Shown here piece by piece: positions 29,684 to 40,113 of a DNA stretch of 64,000 nt. A program made the position numbers and the translations under genes. Each line of letters opens with the position of its first letter. Position 1 is the stretch's first letter. The stretch spans positions 25,478 to 89,477 of the forward strand of contig JAZNIO010000029.1 of assembly GCA_045577535.1 (NCBI GenBank), read 5' to 3'. Below the pieces are notes generated by a model. That model was given only the letters and a program-made list of their open reading frames with translations. It did not search any database and was not told the DNA's origin. The DNA comes from Candidatus Onthomorpha sp. (GTDB lineage: Bacteria > Bacteroidota > Bacteroidia > Bacteroidales > P3).

Positions 29684-30633
29684 CTTTTCAATTTTTTGAG
29701 AAGTGAATACACCTTCGAGTATTTTTTTTCAATGAGAAAGTATGGCGTTTGTTCAGCTCCGAAGTGTCTGATGAACGTTTCTATCGGTTTGAGCATAGAG
29801 CCGTTGAAGTCATACTCGGCACAGCCGCGTCTGATACTTTCTTTGAGTATGTGCCACAGCAAAAGGGTGGCGGCATTCGATTGTCTGTACGACGGATTCG
29901 AACCCGAGAAGATGCCTTGGCAGACTTTGTTGTCGAAAATCACGTATGCAACCGAATGAACATTGCCTTCCGCATCGCAGATTGCGTATTTGCCACTTAT
30001 ATTTCTTTTTTCGGCTTCTTTGTCTATCCTTTCGAATTGTTCATACGAGAAAGGGCAGTTTATCTTCTGGCGTTCGTAGGTCTTGCAGTTGACTTGATAG
30101 AACTCTTTCGTCGATAGGTCCGTTCGTATGACGAAGTCTTCCTTTTCGAGTTTGCGAATACGTTTGCGAACCGACTTGTCGGTCATTGCAAGCAAAGCTT
30201 CCTCGCCTTGAGTCAAGTCGAAACGATACGTATATCTTGTTGTCTGAGAATAACCGTTCCAATGAAATCCTAACCATGAGCAAAGGCTGTGGTGAAACTT
30301 GGAAAGAAAATAATCGGGTTTGATTCCATCGATTTGTTTTGCGAAATCATCCATCGCTTTTATTTCGAGCGAGTAGCGGTTCAGCCTGCTCATGTTTTCG
30401 GGATAAGCAATCCACAATCCTGTCACGGGAGTAAGTTGCGGAGGCATGATTGAAGCAAAGCCGAATTTGCGATGCAGCGAATAAGGCATTGCCGCAAGCA
30501 CCTGCTCGTTTTCTTTGTGCAAGAGAACCTGCCAATCATTTCCGTAAACCGCATCCAACCACCAGTCCTTCAAAAAAACAGGCATGTCGGGATTGCTTTC
30601 GCAAAATCGTGTGTAGGCTTCTTTATTCCTCAT
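29680..30633 (-). CDS. FemAB-like / GNAT-superfamily acyltransferase (function unknown)
   Basis: 317 aa with a two-lobed GNAT-like layout. Overlaps rlmH by 4 nt and the GH57 gene by 11 nt. Confidence 0.5.
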   Translation of the reverse strand: MRNKEAYTRFCESNPDMPVFLKDWWLDAVYGNDWQVLLHKENEQVLAAMPYSLHRKFGFASIMPPQLTPVTGLWIAYPENMSRLNRYSLEIKAMDDFAKQIDGIKPDYFLSKFHHSLCSWLGFHWNGYSQTTRYTYRFDLTQGEEALLAMTDKSVRKRIRKLEKEDFVIRTDLSTKEFYQVNCKTYERQKINCPFSYEQFERIDKEAEKRNISGKYAICDAEGNVHSVAYVIFDNKVCQGIFSGSNPSYRQSNAATLLLWHILKESIRRGCAEYDFNGSMLKPIETFIRHFGAEQTPYFLIEKKYSKVYSLLKKLKR

Positions 30634-31828
30634 CTTTCAACCGATTTGTCAATCTCAAACGTAAATCCGACAATACGTTCATATAGTTTATGTAAGCTTT
30701 GTATGGGCTGTCGTAATGATTGAAATACTTATGCACATCTCCGTCCGAGAACCACTTTGTGCACATGTAGTAAAAGTTGTCTGAGGTTTGCAAGCGTCTC
30801 CACACGTTTAACAACTCTTCATCTTGGATTTGGTGTATTGCCTCGCTCAAAGAGTAAATCTGTTCGAAAGCATCGTCCTGCAAATCATTGCCCAACCATG
30901 CCGTAACGTCTCTTTCTTCATCTGCCCAGCTCATCGGCTCTATCGAACTTACCAAATCCTTTGCCTCATATTTTGAAATCAAATCGCTCGGTGTTGCAAA
31001 GTCGAAATCGCTTCTTTCAAACACTTCGAACGGAAGGCGTTTCAGAAAGTCGAAAATGCCGGTTTCTTTCCACTGATGCTCACCGAATGTTTCGTAATCC
31101 ATGAACAGATTTATGCAATCGGGATTTTCTATTTCGTTAAGCCAAGAAACGAATTTGTCGCACGTCAAAGGAAATCCCTGCCATGAGTGTTGAGAGAATC
31201 GGAATGCGATGTCGTCGCTCAGTTGAAAGTTTTTAAGCAACAAGAACATCTTTCCATCCGGGTGATTCTTGTAAAGGTAGTTCGGACTTCTCCAACCAAG
31301 GACGTGTTTTGCACCTTCTGCAATCTGAGCCTTGAATCCCATCTGCGACACCTTTGCTCCGATTGCGTCGGAATAGATAAGCTCGGTGTTTCTGAAGATT
31401 TGAGGCGTCTGAGAGAAGAGTTGCTCGATTTTCTTTTTGTGTTTTTCGACCTGTGATGTGAATTCGTCTTCGTCTGTCAAAGATGCCAAGGAATGATAAT
31501 ATGTTTCGCACAAAAATTCCACGCTTCCGGTTGCAGCCAATTTTTGAAAGCTCTCGATGACTTCGGGACAATAGGCTTCGAATTGCTCCAAGGCTGTGCC
31601 GGAAATCGAATACGCAACTTTGAATCGCCCGTCGGTTTGCTCGATGAGCTGTCTTATCAGTTCGTTTGCGGGAAGGTAACATTTGTCTGCAACACGCCGA
31701 CAAATCCATTCGTTTTGCAAATCATCGAAATAGTCATTGCGTTTTCCTATGTCGAAGAATCTGAACGTTCTAAGCCTGAACGGTTGGTGTACTTGAAAAT
31801 AAAAACAAATCGATTTCATATTTAGCAT
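30623..31828 (-). CDS. Glycoside hydrolase family 57 (alpha-amylase-like)
   Basis: N-terminal ICFYFQVHQPFRLR and WADEERDVTAW are typical of GH57. Confidence 0.85.
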   Translation of the reverse strand: MLNMKSICFYFQVHQPFRLRTFRFFDIGKRNDYFDDLQNEWICRRVADKCYLPANELIRQLIEQTDGRFKVAYSISGTALEQFEAYCPEVIESFQKLAATGSVEFLCETYYHSLASLTDEDEFTSQVEKHKKKIEQLFSQTPQIFRNTELIYSDAIGAKVSQMGFKAQIAEGAKHVLGWRSPNYLYKNHPDGKMFLLLKNFQLSDDIAFRFSQHSWQGFPLTCDKFVSWLNEIENPDCINLFMDYETFGEHQWKETGIFDFLKRLPFEVFERSDFDFATPSDLISKYEAKDLVSSIEPMSWADEERDVTAWLGNDLQDDAFEQIYSLSEAIHQIQDEELLNVWRRLQTSDNFYYMCTKWFSDGDVHKYFNHYDSPYKAYINYMNVLSDLRLRLTNRLKDEE

Positions 31829-31833
31829 CTTTT

Positions 31834-33150
31834 TTATACGATTTCATAATATAATTCCTTTAATCTCTCTGCCGCTTTGTCCCAGGTTATGGAAACGGCT
31901 TCTCGTTTTCCTTCTCTGGAAAGAAAATCCGACAGAGCTTTGTTTTTTCCCAATGAATGGATTGCGTCAGCCATCGAATCGACATCCCAAAAATCGACTT
32001 TGATTGCATGATTCAACACTTCCGAAACGCCCGATTGATGGCTTATTATGGTGGGAACGCCAGCCTGCATCGCTTCCAAAGGAGCTATTCCGAAGGGTTC
32101 GGAAACGCTTGGCATGACAAAAACACTGCTTATCGAGAGCAGTTGCTTCAAATCTTCGCCTTCGAGAAAGCCGGTGAAGAAGAAATTCCTGCTGAGGCGT
32201 TTTTGTGCAACCAAAGCAATCATTTTGTTCTGCATGTCGCCGCTTCCTGCCATCACGAACAAGAAATCCTTGTCTTTTTGCAAAACTTTCTCGGCAGCTT
32301 CAACAAAATAATCGGGTCCTTTTTGGAAGGTGATTCGTCCGATGAAGCTTACTATTTTTTTATCGAAGACATTGTTTGTTTCCATAGGCTTAGAGTTTTG
32401 TGAAATCACGCCGTTGTGAACGCAAACGACTTTGTGTTTGGGTTGAAAGTACTTTGAGATTACCGTTTTGCGGGTAAACTCGCTCACGCACACAATCAAA
32501 TCCGCCGCTTCCATGCCTTGACGTTCCAATTCATAGACTCGCTCGTTCACATTCTCGCCGCTGCGGTCGTATTCCGTTGCATGAACATGCACGATTAAAG
32601 GTTTGCCACTGATTTTCTTTGCAACCTCGCCCGCTTTGTAGCACAGCCAGTCGTGAGCGTGTATGACATCGAATTCTCTCTGCTTTGCAATGCTGCCGGC
32701 GACCAATGCGTAACGATTCACTTCCTCATACAGATTGTCGCCATAGCCTCCCTGCAGTTCGAGAGTGAAATGTCGGGTGATGTCTTTTGAAAGCGTTTTC
32801 TTGGATTTTGATTTCGTTTCCATTGATTTCGCTTTCAGATTTTCGTTGAGGCATTTCATTCTTGCGACATAGTCTTCATCGCTCTCGTAGGGCAGAATCG
32901 AACTATCGACATGCAAGAAGGATATGTTCTTTTCCAAATGCTCCAATTGTTTTTCGGTAAGTGTGTTGACCACTTGGTTTGCCGCCGTTATCTTCGTGCC
33001 GTTTTGCAATTCGTCTCCAAACAGGCGTGGAACGACAAAGTCAATCGCCACATCTTTTTCAACCAATGCTTTTGTCAATCCGAAACAAGCCGTTCCCAAT
33101 CCTCCGGAAATATGTGGCGGATACTCCCATCCGAACATCAGAACTTTCAT
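31834..33150 (-). CDS. GT4-family glycosyltransferase (glycogen-synthase-like)
   Basis: GT-B fold with GGLGTA near the N-terminus and E-x7-E (SEPFGIAPLEAMQAG). Confidence 0.85.
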   Translation of the reverse strand: MKVLMFGWEYPPHISGGLGTACFGLTKALVEKDVAIDFVVPRLFGDELQNGTKITAANQVVNTLTEKQLEHLEKNISFLHVDSSILPYESDEDYVARMKCLNENLKAKSMETKSKSKKTLSKDITRHFTLELQGGYGDNLYEEVNRYALVAGSIAKQREFDVIHAHDWLCYKAGEVAKKISGKPLIVHVHATEYDRSGENVNERVYELERQGMEAADLIVCVSEFTRKTVISKYFQPKHKVVCVHNGVISQNSKPMETNNVFDKKIVSFIGRITFQKGPDYFVEAAEKVLQKDKDFLFVMAGSGDMQNKMIALVAQKRLSRNFFFTGFLEGEDLKQLLSISSVFVMPSVSEPFGIAPLEAMQAGVPTIISHQSGVSEVLNHAIKVDFWDVDSMADAIHSLGKNKALSDFLSREGKREAVSITWDKAAERLKELYYEIV

Positions 33151-35108
33151 AGGCTGTCCTCCTTATTCGTTTTGTTTTGCTCAATCAGATATTTCATTCT
33201 GCAAACTTCTGCAACGCTCCATGCTTGCGAGATACTGCCGCCCGGTTTGTAAGGCGGGTTGCCGTCATACACCTCTGCAATGCTTCCGACGCAGTAGTCG
33301 GTTAAAATATTACCGAACTGACGATACAATTGTTCAATGTAATTGACCGCATTCTTGCCATAGACGTTGAAATACGCCTCTGCAAACGCACCGATCAGCC
33401 ATGCCCATACCGTTCCGTTGTGATAAGCGAAGTCTCTTTCGTTTTGGTTGCCGCGATACACCGGATGATAGTTTTCTGCCTTCGGACTGAGCGAACGCAA
33501 TCCGTAAGGAGTGAGCAGTTCCTGCTTTACCTTTTCGACGATCAGCTGACGGATTTTCAGACTCAGACATGTGTATGGCATGCTTACTGCAAAAATCATG
33601 TTGCATCTTACAGAGAAATCTCTCTCTGCTCCATTGACGCAATCGGCAAGATAACCTTTCTCCTTGGACCAAAAAGTCGATTTGAAGCTGCTTGGAAAGA
33701 CCGAAGCGAATTCGTCCCATTTCGCACTCTCTCCATCACTGCACGCAAGTTCTGCAAGTTCCCGATAAAACATCACTGCATTGTACCAAAGGGCATTTAT
33801 TTCCACCGCATAGCCGTTGCGAGGCGTTACGGGTTTTCCTTCAACTATCGCATCCATCCATGTAAGTGCTTTTCCCTCTTGCGATTGCCATAAAAGGAAG
33901 TTGCTGTCCATTCTCACGTTATCCGTTCCCTCCGAAAAGGTGTCGAGAATCTGTTTCATGACTTTCGAATACATATTCCAGACTTCCGTTCTTGCATCGT
34001 TGATGTAGGCATATTGCTGAATGCACCAAAAGAACCATAGCGGAGCATCAACACTGTTGTAAGCCGATTGGGCTCCCGAGCCTATGTTTGGAAAGAAGCC
34101 TTCGCGAAAATCCGATATCTCGCTTTCGATTGCCATTTTGAACATACGCCAATCGTCGATTGCAAGACAGAGTCCGGGAAGTGAGATGAAGGTATCGCGT
34201 CCCCATCTGCCGAACCAAGGAAAGCCTGCAACCACATCGACAATCGTTCCCTTGCGTGCAAAAAACATTCTGGCGGCTCTTCGAAGCACATCTTCCATCG
34301 ATTCAACCGGAAAACGAAAACGGGTTTCCATCACGAAGTCTCTGCTGAGTAAAAACGGATTTGCTTCTTCCACTCCGCAGGATACGAAAACGCTTTCGCC
34401 GGGTGAAAGTTTGATGGTGAATTTTCCCGGAGAGAGCAAATCCTCAAGGTAATCGTAGCCACGCTCTTTTTCTTTTATGTATTCGAAATTATAATACCAA
34501 TAAGGGGTGTGAAGATATTCCGTTTTCTTTGAAAATTGCAGGTAAAGCGGAGTGTGATTTTTGTACATCTGATATTTGACTCCGTGCGATATGTTTTCGA
34601 ATGAAGTGTCAGCCTCGTTGTTTGCAACCGACAAATGGTGAATCTGACGAAAGGCAAGCAAAGGCATCAACTCCAAAACGATGTCTGTGTCAGCTTCCTG
34701 CAAGGTGTATTTAATCAACAGCCTGTCTTGCTTTTCTTGAAAGAGCATCTGTTTGAGCAGAACGATGTTTCCGATTCGGTAAGTGTGAGTCGGCAAAACT
34801 CCGAGCTCGTATGATTCCAAGTATTTGTGGCCTTTGGGACTGTAAATTCCGTCTTTGTAGCGATGTAACGCCAAATGAAATTCCCGATTGTCGTGAACGA
34901 TGGTTTCATCGAGCGAAGAGAGCAAGACGTGATTTTGATTGTCCAATTTCGGTTGAGGAACAATCAGCAGTCCGTGGTATTTGCGAGTGTTGCAACTTGG
35001 CAGGGTGGTGCAAGAGTAGGCATTTGAAATATTCGCTCTGAGAACCTCTCTCTGCAACGAGTATTCCAAATTTGCCATTTCCTTTTTTGTGAACAATATC
35101 TTTTCCAT
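33147..35108 (-). CDS. Glycogen debranching enzyme (GDE N-terminal domain + amylo-alpha-1,6-glucosidase)
   Basis: N-terminal RKYHGLLIVP and a C-terminal (alpha/alpha)6-type region (YHNGTVWAWL). Overlaps the GT4 gene by 4 nt. Confidence 0.88.
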   Translation of the reverse strand: MEKILFTKKEMANLEYSLQREVLRANISNAYSCTTLPSCNTRKYHGLLIVPQPKLDNQNHVLLSSLDETIVHDNREFHLALHRYKDGIYSPKGHKYLESYELGVLPTHTYRIGNIVLLKQMLFQEKQDRLLIKYTLQEADTDIVLELMPLLAFRQIHHLSVANNEADTSFENISHGVKYQMYKNHTPLYLQFSKKTEYLHTPYWYYNFEYIKEKERGYDYLEDLLSPGKFTIKLSPGESVFVSCGVEEANPFLLSRDFVMETRFRFPVESMEDVLRRAARMFFARKGTIVDVVAGFPWFGRWGRDTFISLPGLCLAIDDWRMFKMAIESEISDFREGFFPNIGSGAQSAYNSVDAPLWFFWCIQQYAYINDARTEVWNMYSKVMKQILDTFSEGTDNVRMDSNFLLWQSQEGKALTWMDAIVEGKPVTPRNGYAVEINALWYNAVMFYRELAELACSDGESAKWDEFASVFPSSFKSTFWSKEKGYLADCVNGAERDFSVRCNMIFAVSMPYTCLSLKIRQLIVEKVKQELLTPYGLRSLSPKAENYHPVYRGNQNERDFAYHNGTVWAWLIGAFAEAYFNVYGKNAVNYIEQLYRQFGNILTDYCVGSIAEVYDGNPPYKPGGSISQAWSVAEVCRMKYLIEQNKTNKEDSL

Positions 35109-35118
35109 CTGTTATTTT

Positions 35119-36561
35119 CTAACTGATAAGGGATTTAATGTCTTTAAGTGAAAAAATTCCGACTGCAAATGCCGCCGCAAGTATCAATGAAAGCGACACC
35201 GCCGTTTTTATGATCCAATTTGTTTCCATGCCGTAAAGAACTCCCAATGAAATGAGAGCAACCGACAAAACATAGATTGAAATTTTCAAACAGTACTTCC
35301 AATTGAACCGTATCTTGAAAATCTTCAGTGCCAGCAAGGCCTGCAAAAGTGCCGTTACGCTTTGGGTTATTAGACTTGTGGTTGCCGCTCCGTCTTGTTG
35401 AAACAAGGGAATGAGAATAAAGTTCAATCCGATGTTCATCAACATTCCGAGTCCTGCAACCAGATTCAAATGTTTCAGTGATCCGTTTGCCGTCAAGAGT
35501 GTTCCGAAAATATACGTCATGGATATTGGAATAAAACAGAAACTCAAAATTCTGTAAACCCTCGCACTTTCTTCTATGTGGCTGTCATAAAGAAGCGTCA
35601 TGAGTTCTTGAGAATAGCAGAGACTGACGCTTACAAAGCCGAGAGTGAGAATCAAAATCAAATGAAACGCCGCCGAGATTACGCTGTGTATGTTTTCCTT
35701 TGCGTTTTCTTTTATAAGCTTGGAGAACAGCGGAAGCAGAATGACCGAAAACAGATAGGAGACCATGTTGGCGGAATCGACAAGACGAAAGCCCGAAGCA
35801 TAGATTCCCGAACTTTCTCCGTTGTCATCGACAAGTGCAAGCAACATTACCGAATCCATTCTGTTGTAACACGCCATCAGCAATCCAAGAACGGCAAAAG
35901 GCAATCCTGATTTGAGCAGAAGGAATCCGAAAGTCTTGTTTAGCTTCAGACGAATGAATCCCGTCTTTCTCACACACACCACCAACGAAACGACAAACGT
36001 GATGAACATGGTCAGAAACTGAACATACACCATTTGCTCTATGCAGAATTGTTCTCTGAGGTGTTTGTTCCAAAGCAGAAAACTGCAAAACAAAACGAGC
36101 AACGCTCTGTCCAAAACCGAAATCACGCTGTCCGTCTTGAACATCATCAATGCCGTTATGTTGCTTCTGAAATATGAAATGAAAGAACTGAGCACCTGAG
36201 TCAGACACATCCAAAACAGCATCTTCGTCTGCCATGCGTCATATCCCAAAAACAACCCGCTGATGATGACTATGACGGTGTAAATCAACGAAAGAATGAT
36301 TTTGAGCGGTATTATGCGGGCGAAATACTTCGGAAGCAGATTCGTATGCCTTGCTATCATTCTGTTGTTGTAGTTTACGATGCCGAAATCCAAGATTATG
36401 TTGAACAGATACGTGAAGTTGAAAAGGGCATAGTAAACTCCGTAATCCTGAGCTCCCACAGCGTTTTGAACGCCTCTGTCGATGCCCAAAATCCAAAAAG
36501 ACTTTATCAGAATGTTCAAAGCCAATAGGAAAAACAAATTTGTAACAAAGAATTTCTTCAT
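35119..36561 (-). CDS. Oligosaccharide/polysaccharide flippase (MOP/Wzx family)
   Basis: 480 aa with about 14 TM helices. Confidence 0.8.
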   Translation of the reverse strand: MKKFFVTNLFFLLALNILIKSFWILGIDRGVQNAVGAQDYGVYYALFNFTYLFNIILDFGIVNYNNRMIARHTNLLPKYFARIIPLKIILSLIYTVIVIISGLFLGYDAWQTKMLFWMCLTQVLSSFISYFRSNITALMMFKTDSVISVLDRALLVLFCSFLLWNKHLREQFCIEQMVYVQFLTMFITFVVSLVVCVRKTGFIRLKLNKTFGFLLLKSGLPFAVLGLLMACYNRMDSVMLLALVDDNGESSGIYASGFRLVDSANMVSYLFSVILLPLFSKLIKENAKENIHSVISAAFHLILILTLGFVSVSLCYSQELMTLLYDSHIEESARVYRILSFCFIPISMTYIFGTLLTANGSLKHLNLVAGLGMLMNIGLNFILIPLFQQDGAATTSLITQSVTALLQALLALKIFKIRFNWKYCLKISIYVLSVALISLGVLYGMETNWIIKTAVSLSLILAAAFAVGIFSLKDIKSLIS

Positions 36562-36591
36562 GGTTCAAGCGACAAATTTACGAAAGAATTG

Positions 36592-36599
36592 TATCTTTG
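36592..36599 (+). promoter_or_regulatory. -7 promoter box TATCTTTG
   Basis: Lies inside the first codons of the track ORF starting at 36589. This argues for the downstream in-frame TTG at 36634 as the true start. Confidence 0.45.
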
Positions 36600-36633
36600 C
36601 TTCATCATATCAACGCAAAAATACAAGAAAAAA

Positions 36634-37764
36634 TTGAGAATAGGTGTAAATACAAGACTTTTAATTGAAGATAAATTGGAGGGAATCGGTTATTTCTCGC
36701 TCAAAACCCTTGAAAGAATAACCCGAAATCACCCGGAAATCGAATTCATCTTCTTCTTTGACAGACCGTTTGCCAAGAGATTCGTTTTCTCTTCGAATGT
36801 GAAAGCGGTGGTCATTCCTTTACCTACGCGGCACCCGATGTTGTGGCACGTTTATTTTGATTTTCTGCTACCGTTCTACCTAAAAATGTATCGAATCGAC
36901 CTTTTCCTTTCTCCCGACGGCTACATACCTACATGGGGCGGGACAAAGACCTTGCCGGTCATTCACGACATAAACTATGAGCACGATTCGACATTTCTGG
37001 GCAAAAAATCATACGTCCGATACTACAAACACTTCTTTCCGAAGTTTGCTCGCAAAGCCACAAGAGTCGCAACGGTGTCCGAATTCAGCAAAAACGACAT
37101 CGCAAACATATATCGAATCCCGGCGGATAAAATCGACGTTGTCTATTCAGCGGCAAACGAACAGTATCGTCCGCATACGAAAGAAGAGAACGAAGAAACC
37201 AAGGCAAAATACACCGACGGAAAGGATTTCTTCTACTTTGTGGGAGCACTGCATAAGAGAAAAAACCTTGCAAACCTGTTTCGAGCGTTCGATGTGTTCA
37301 AAACCAAAAGTCGAAGCGAAGTGAAATTGGTCATAATCGGCAACAAGAAATGGTGGGAAGGAGAGATAGCCCGTGCGTATGAGCAAATGAAGTTCAAAGA
37401 CGAAGTCATATTCACCTCACGTCTGCCTTTGGAAGAAGTAAATCGCATAGCATCGGCAAGCATCGCCTGTGTGTTCGTTTCACTCTTCGAAGGATTCGGA
37501 CTTCCGCCGCTTGAAGCCTTCCGTTCTCATACAGCGGCAATCGTATCCGACACAACATCGTTGCCGGAGATAGGAGCAGATGCTGCAATTTACGCTTCGC
37601 CGACCGATGTCGAAAGCATAGCCGAAGCAATGTACGAAACATACACCCGACCCGAAAAACGAGAAGAATGCATTCGAAAGGGAATCATTCAGAGCGAGAA
37701 ATTCAGTTGGGACAAAACAGCAGAATTATTATGGAACTCGATTACAAAAGCATTGGAACAATAG
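36634..37764 (+). CDS. GT4-family glycosyltransferase
   Basis: EGFGLPPLEAF (E-x7-E). The start is uncertain: the ORF opens at 36589 and an in-frame TTG at 36634 begins the conserved (L/M)RIGVNTRLL N-terminus. Confidence 0.8.
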   Translation: MRIGVNTRLLIEDKLEGIGYFSLKTLERITRNHPEIEFIFFFDRPFAKRFVFSSNVKAVVIPLPTRHPMLWHVYFDFLLPFYLKMYRIDLFLSPDGYIPTWGGTKTLPVIHDINYEHDSTFLGKKSYVRYYKHFFPKFARKATRVATVSEFSKNDIANIYRIPADKIDVVYSAANEQYRPHTKEENEETKAKYTDGKDFFYFVGALHKRKNLANLFRAFDVFKTKSRSEVKLVIIGNKKWWEGEIARAYEQMKFKDEVIFTSRLPLEEVNRIASASIACVFVSLFEGFGLPPLEAFRSHTAAIVSDTTSLPEIGADAAIYASPTDVESIAEAMYETYTRPEKREECIRKGIIQSEKFSWDKTAELLWNSITKALEQ

Positions 37765-39056
37765 AGCAGTTGTACGAACACTACAAGACTCACCCGAGTG
37801 TTTGCACCGATTCACGCACCATAAAAGAGGGTGATGTGTTTTTTGCCTTGAAGGGAGAGAATTTCGATGGCAATCTGTTTGCGGACAAAGCCTTGGAGGC
37901 AGGAGCAAGTTTGGTAGTTGTCGATTCGAAAGACGTTTTTGCAAAGCAAAGAAATGATGAGGCGAAACGCAGAATGATGTTTTGCGAAGACAGCCTTGTT
38001 TGTCTGCAATCTCTTGCCGCATATCATCGTCAAAGGTTGAATGCGACCATCATCGGAATCAGCGGCACAAACGGCAAAACCACCACCAAGGAACTCATTT
38101 TCGCCGTTCTCTCTTCCGAATTCCGAACTCAGGCAACCAAAGGCAATCTGAACAATCACATAGGCGTTCCGCTGACTCTTTTGTCGATAAAGCCCGAAAC
38201 CCAAATTGCAATCGTCGAAATGGGAGCCAATCATCCCGGAGAGATAGCCGAGCTCTGTCGAATCGCACAACCCGATATGGGAATACTGACCAATGTCGGC
38301 ACTGCACACATCGAAGGATTCAAAAGCAGGGAAAACATAATCGAAACCAAACGTGCATTGTTCGAAAGCGTGAAAGCAAACGGAAAAAGCAAAGCACATC
38401 TTTTCGTAAATGCCGACGACGATGCTCTGAACGACGAGACATTCGAACGCAAAACCACTTACGCACTGACCAATCAGGCAGATTTGAGAGCCAAAGCCGA
38501 TTTGTCTTCACCCTATGCAACACTTGCAATCGAGGGAACGAAGATACAATCGAACCTTATCGGCAGTTACAACAACCACAACATACTTGCCGCCTACGCA
38601 ATCGGCAGACATTTCGGCATGGAAAGCGAAAAAATCAAGCAGGCAATCGAACAATATAAGCCCTCAAATCAACGTTCTCAGATAGTGAAGACTTCGAGCA
38701 ACACTCTCATACTCGATTGCTACAATGCCAACCCTTCGTCATGCAAAGCTGCAATAGAATCGCTTGCGGCAATGAAACTCGAGCATAAAATGGTGTTCAT
38801 GGGAGCCATGAGGGAACTTGGCGAAAGCACTGCCGAGGAACACGAGAATTGTTTCAAGCTGATGAAAAGCAAAGGCTTCGAAAAAATCATTCTTGTGGGA
38901 AAGGAATATAAAGCATTCGAAGATGCGGGTGTTTCATGGTTTGAAAGCTCAAGCGAATTGAAAGATTACTTGAAAGCAAATCCGATAAGCGGTTGCACAA
39001 TACTGATAAAAGGCTCGCGAACGACGAAAATGGAGATTTTGGAAGATGTTTTATAA
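37731..39056 (+). CDS. murF: UDP-N-acetylmuramoyl-tripeptide--D-alanyl-D-alanine ligase
   Basis: TDSRTIKEGDVFFALKG and Mur ligase P-loop GISGTNGKTTTKE. ATG at 37731 overlaps the GT gene by 34 nt. Confidence 0.9.
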   Translation: MELDYKSIGTIEQLYEHYKTHPSVCTDSRTIKEGDVFFALKGENFDGNLFADKALEAGASLVVVDSKDVFAKQRNDEAKRRMMFCEDSLVCLQSLAAYHRQRLNATIIGISGTNGKTTTKELIFAVLSSEFRTQATKGNLNNHIGVPLTLLSIKPETQIAIVEMGANHPGEIAELCRIAQPDMGILTNVGTAHIEGFKSRENIIETKRALFESVKANGKSKAHLFVNADDDALNDETFERKTTYALTNQADLRAKADLSSPYATLAIEGTKIQSNLIGSYNNHNILAAYAIGRHFGMESEKIKQAIEQYKPSNQRSQIVKTSSNTLILDCYNANPSSCKAAIESLAAMKLEHKMVFMGAMRELGESTAEEHENCFKLMKSKGFEKIILVGKEYKAFEDAGVSWFESSSELKDYLKANPISGCTILIKGSRTTKMEILEDVL

Positions 39057-40107
39057 AGTCATAGGTTTGATGTCGGGAACTTCTCTCGATGGTTTGGATA
39101 TTGCATACTGCGAGTTCGAAGAGCAGAATGGCAGATGGTCGTACAGAATCATCGAGTCGGAGACCGTGCCTTATAGTGAGGAATTTCGTAAGAGGGTGAT
39201 TGCGATAGAGAATGCCTCGGCGGTGGAATTCTCTTCGTTCGATGTAGAACTCGGACACTATTTCGGCAGACTGACACGCAAGTTCATCGATAAGCATTCT
39301 TTGACTCCCGACTTTGTATGCTCGCACGGACAAACCATCTTTCACCAACCAGCCAAGGGATACACGACTCAAATCGGCAATCTTGCGGCTCTGTGTTCCG
39401 AAGTCCGAATGAAAACCATCGGAGATTTCAGAACGCTCGACGTAATGCTCGGAGGACAAGGAGCACCTTTGGTTCCGATTGGCGATTTACTCCTTTTTGC
39501 CGACTACGACAACTGTCTGAACATAGGAGGCTTTTCAAACATAAGCCGAAAGAAAGACGGAAAAATCACAGCCTTCGACATCTGCCCGGTGAACATCGTT
39601 CTGAATCATCTTTGCGGCAAGATAGGTCTGCCGTTCGACAAAGACGGTGAAATTGCCGCAAATTCGGCAGTCGATAATACACTTGTCGAGAAACTGAACG
39701 CCCTTCCATATTATGAAAGCAAGAAAACAGGAAAATCATTAGGCAAAGAATGGGTGCTGAGCAATGTATTCCCGCTATTGGAAAGCAGCGGACTTTCGAT
39801 AGAAAGCCAGATTGCATCATACACACTTCATGCCGCAGAGCAGATTTCGAAAAACATTCTGTCGGGAAGAACACTCATCAGCGGCGGAGGGGCATACAAC
39901 ACCCATCTTGTAAGTCTGATTCGACGAAACACAAGATTCGAAATCGAGATTGCAGACAAAACCACGACCGATTACAAAGAAGCGATGATATTTGCTTTTC
40001 TCGGAGTGCTCAGAGAAAGAGAGCAGGTGAATTGTCTTGCATCGGTAACCGGTGCATCGCAGAACACTTGCGGCGGTTCGGTCGTTCAATGGATTCAAAG
40101 TAAATAA
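39046..40107 (+). CDS. anmK: Anhydro-N-acetylmuramic acid kinase
   Basis: GLMSGTSLDGLD N-terminus, GGGAYN and 353 aa. Confidence 0.92.
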   Translation: MFYKVIGLMSGTSLDGLDIAYCEFEEQNGRWSYRIIESETVPYSEEFRKRVIAIENASAVEFSSFDVELGHYFGRLTRKFIDKHSLTPDFVCSHGQTIFHQPAKGYTTQIGNLAALCSEVRMKTIGDFRTLDVMLGGQGAPLVPIGDLLLFADYDNCLNIGGFSNISRKKDGKITAFDICPVNIVLNHLCGKIGLPFDKDGEIAANSAVDNTLVEKLNALPYYESKKTGKSLGKEWVLSNVFPLLESSGLSIESQIASYTLHAAEQISKNILSGRTLISGGGAYNTHLVSLIRRNTRFEIEIADKTTTDYKEAMIFAFLGVLREREQVNCLASVTGASQNTCGGSVVQWIQSK

Positions 40108-40113
40108 GGACAA

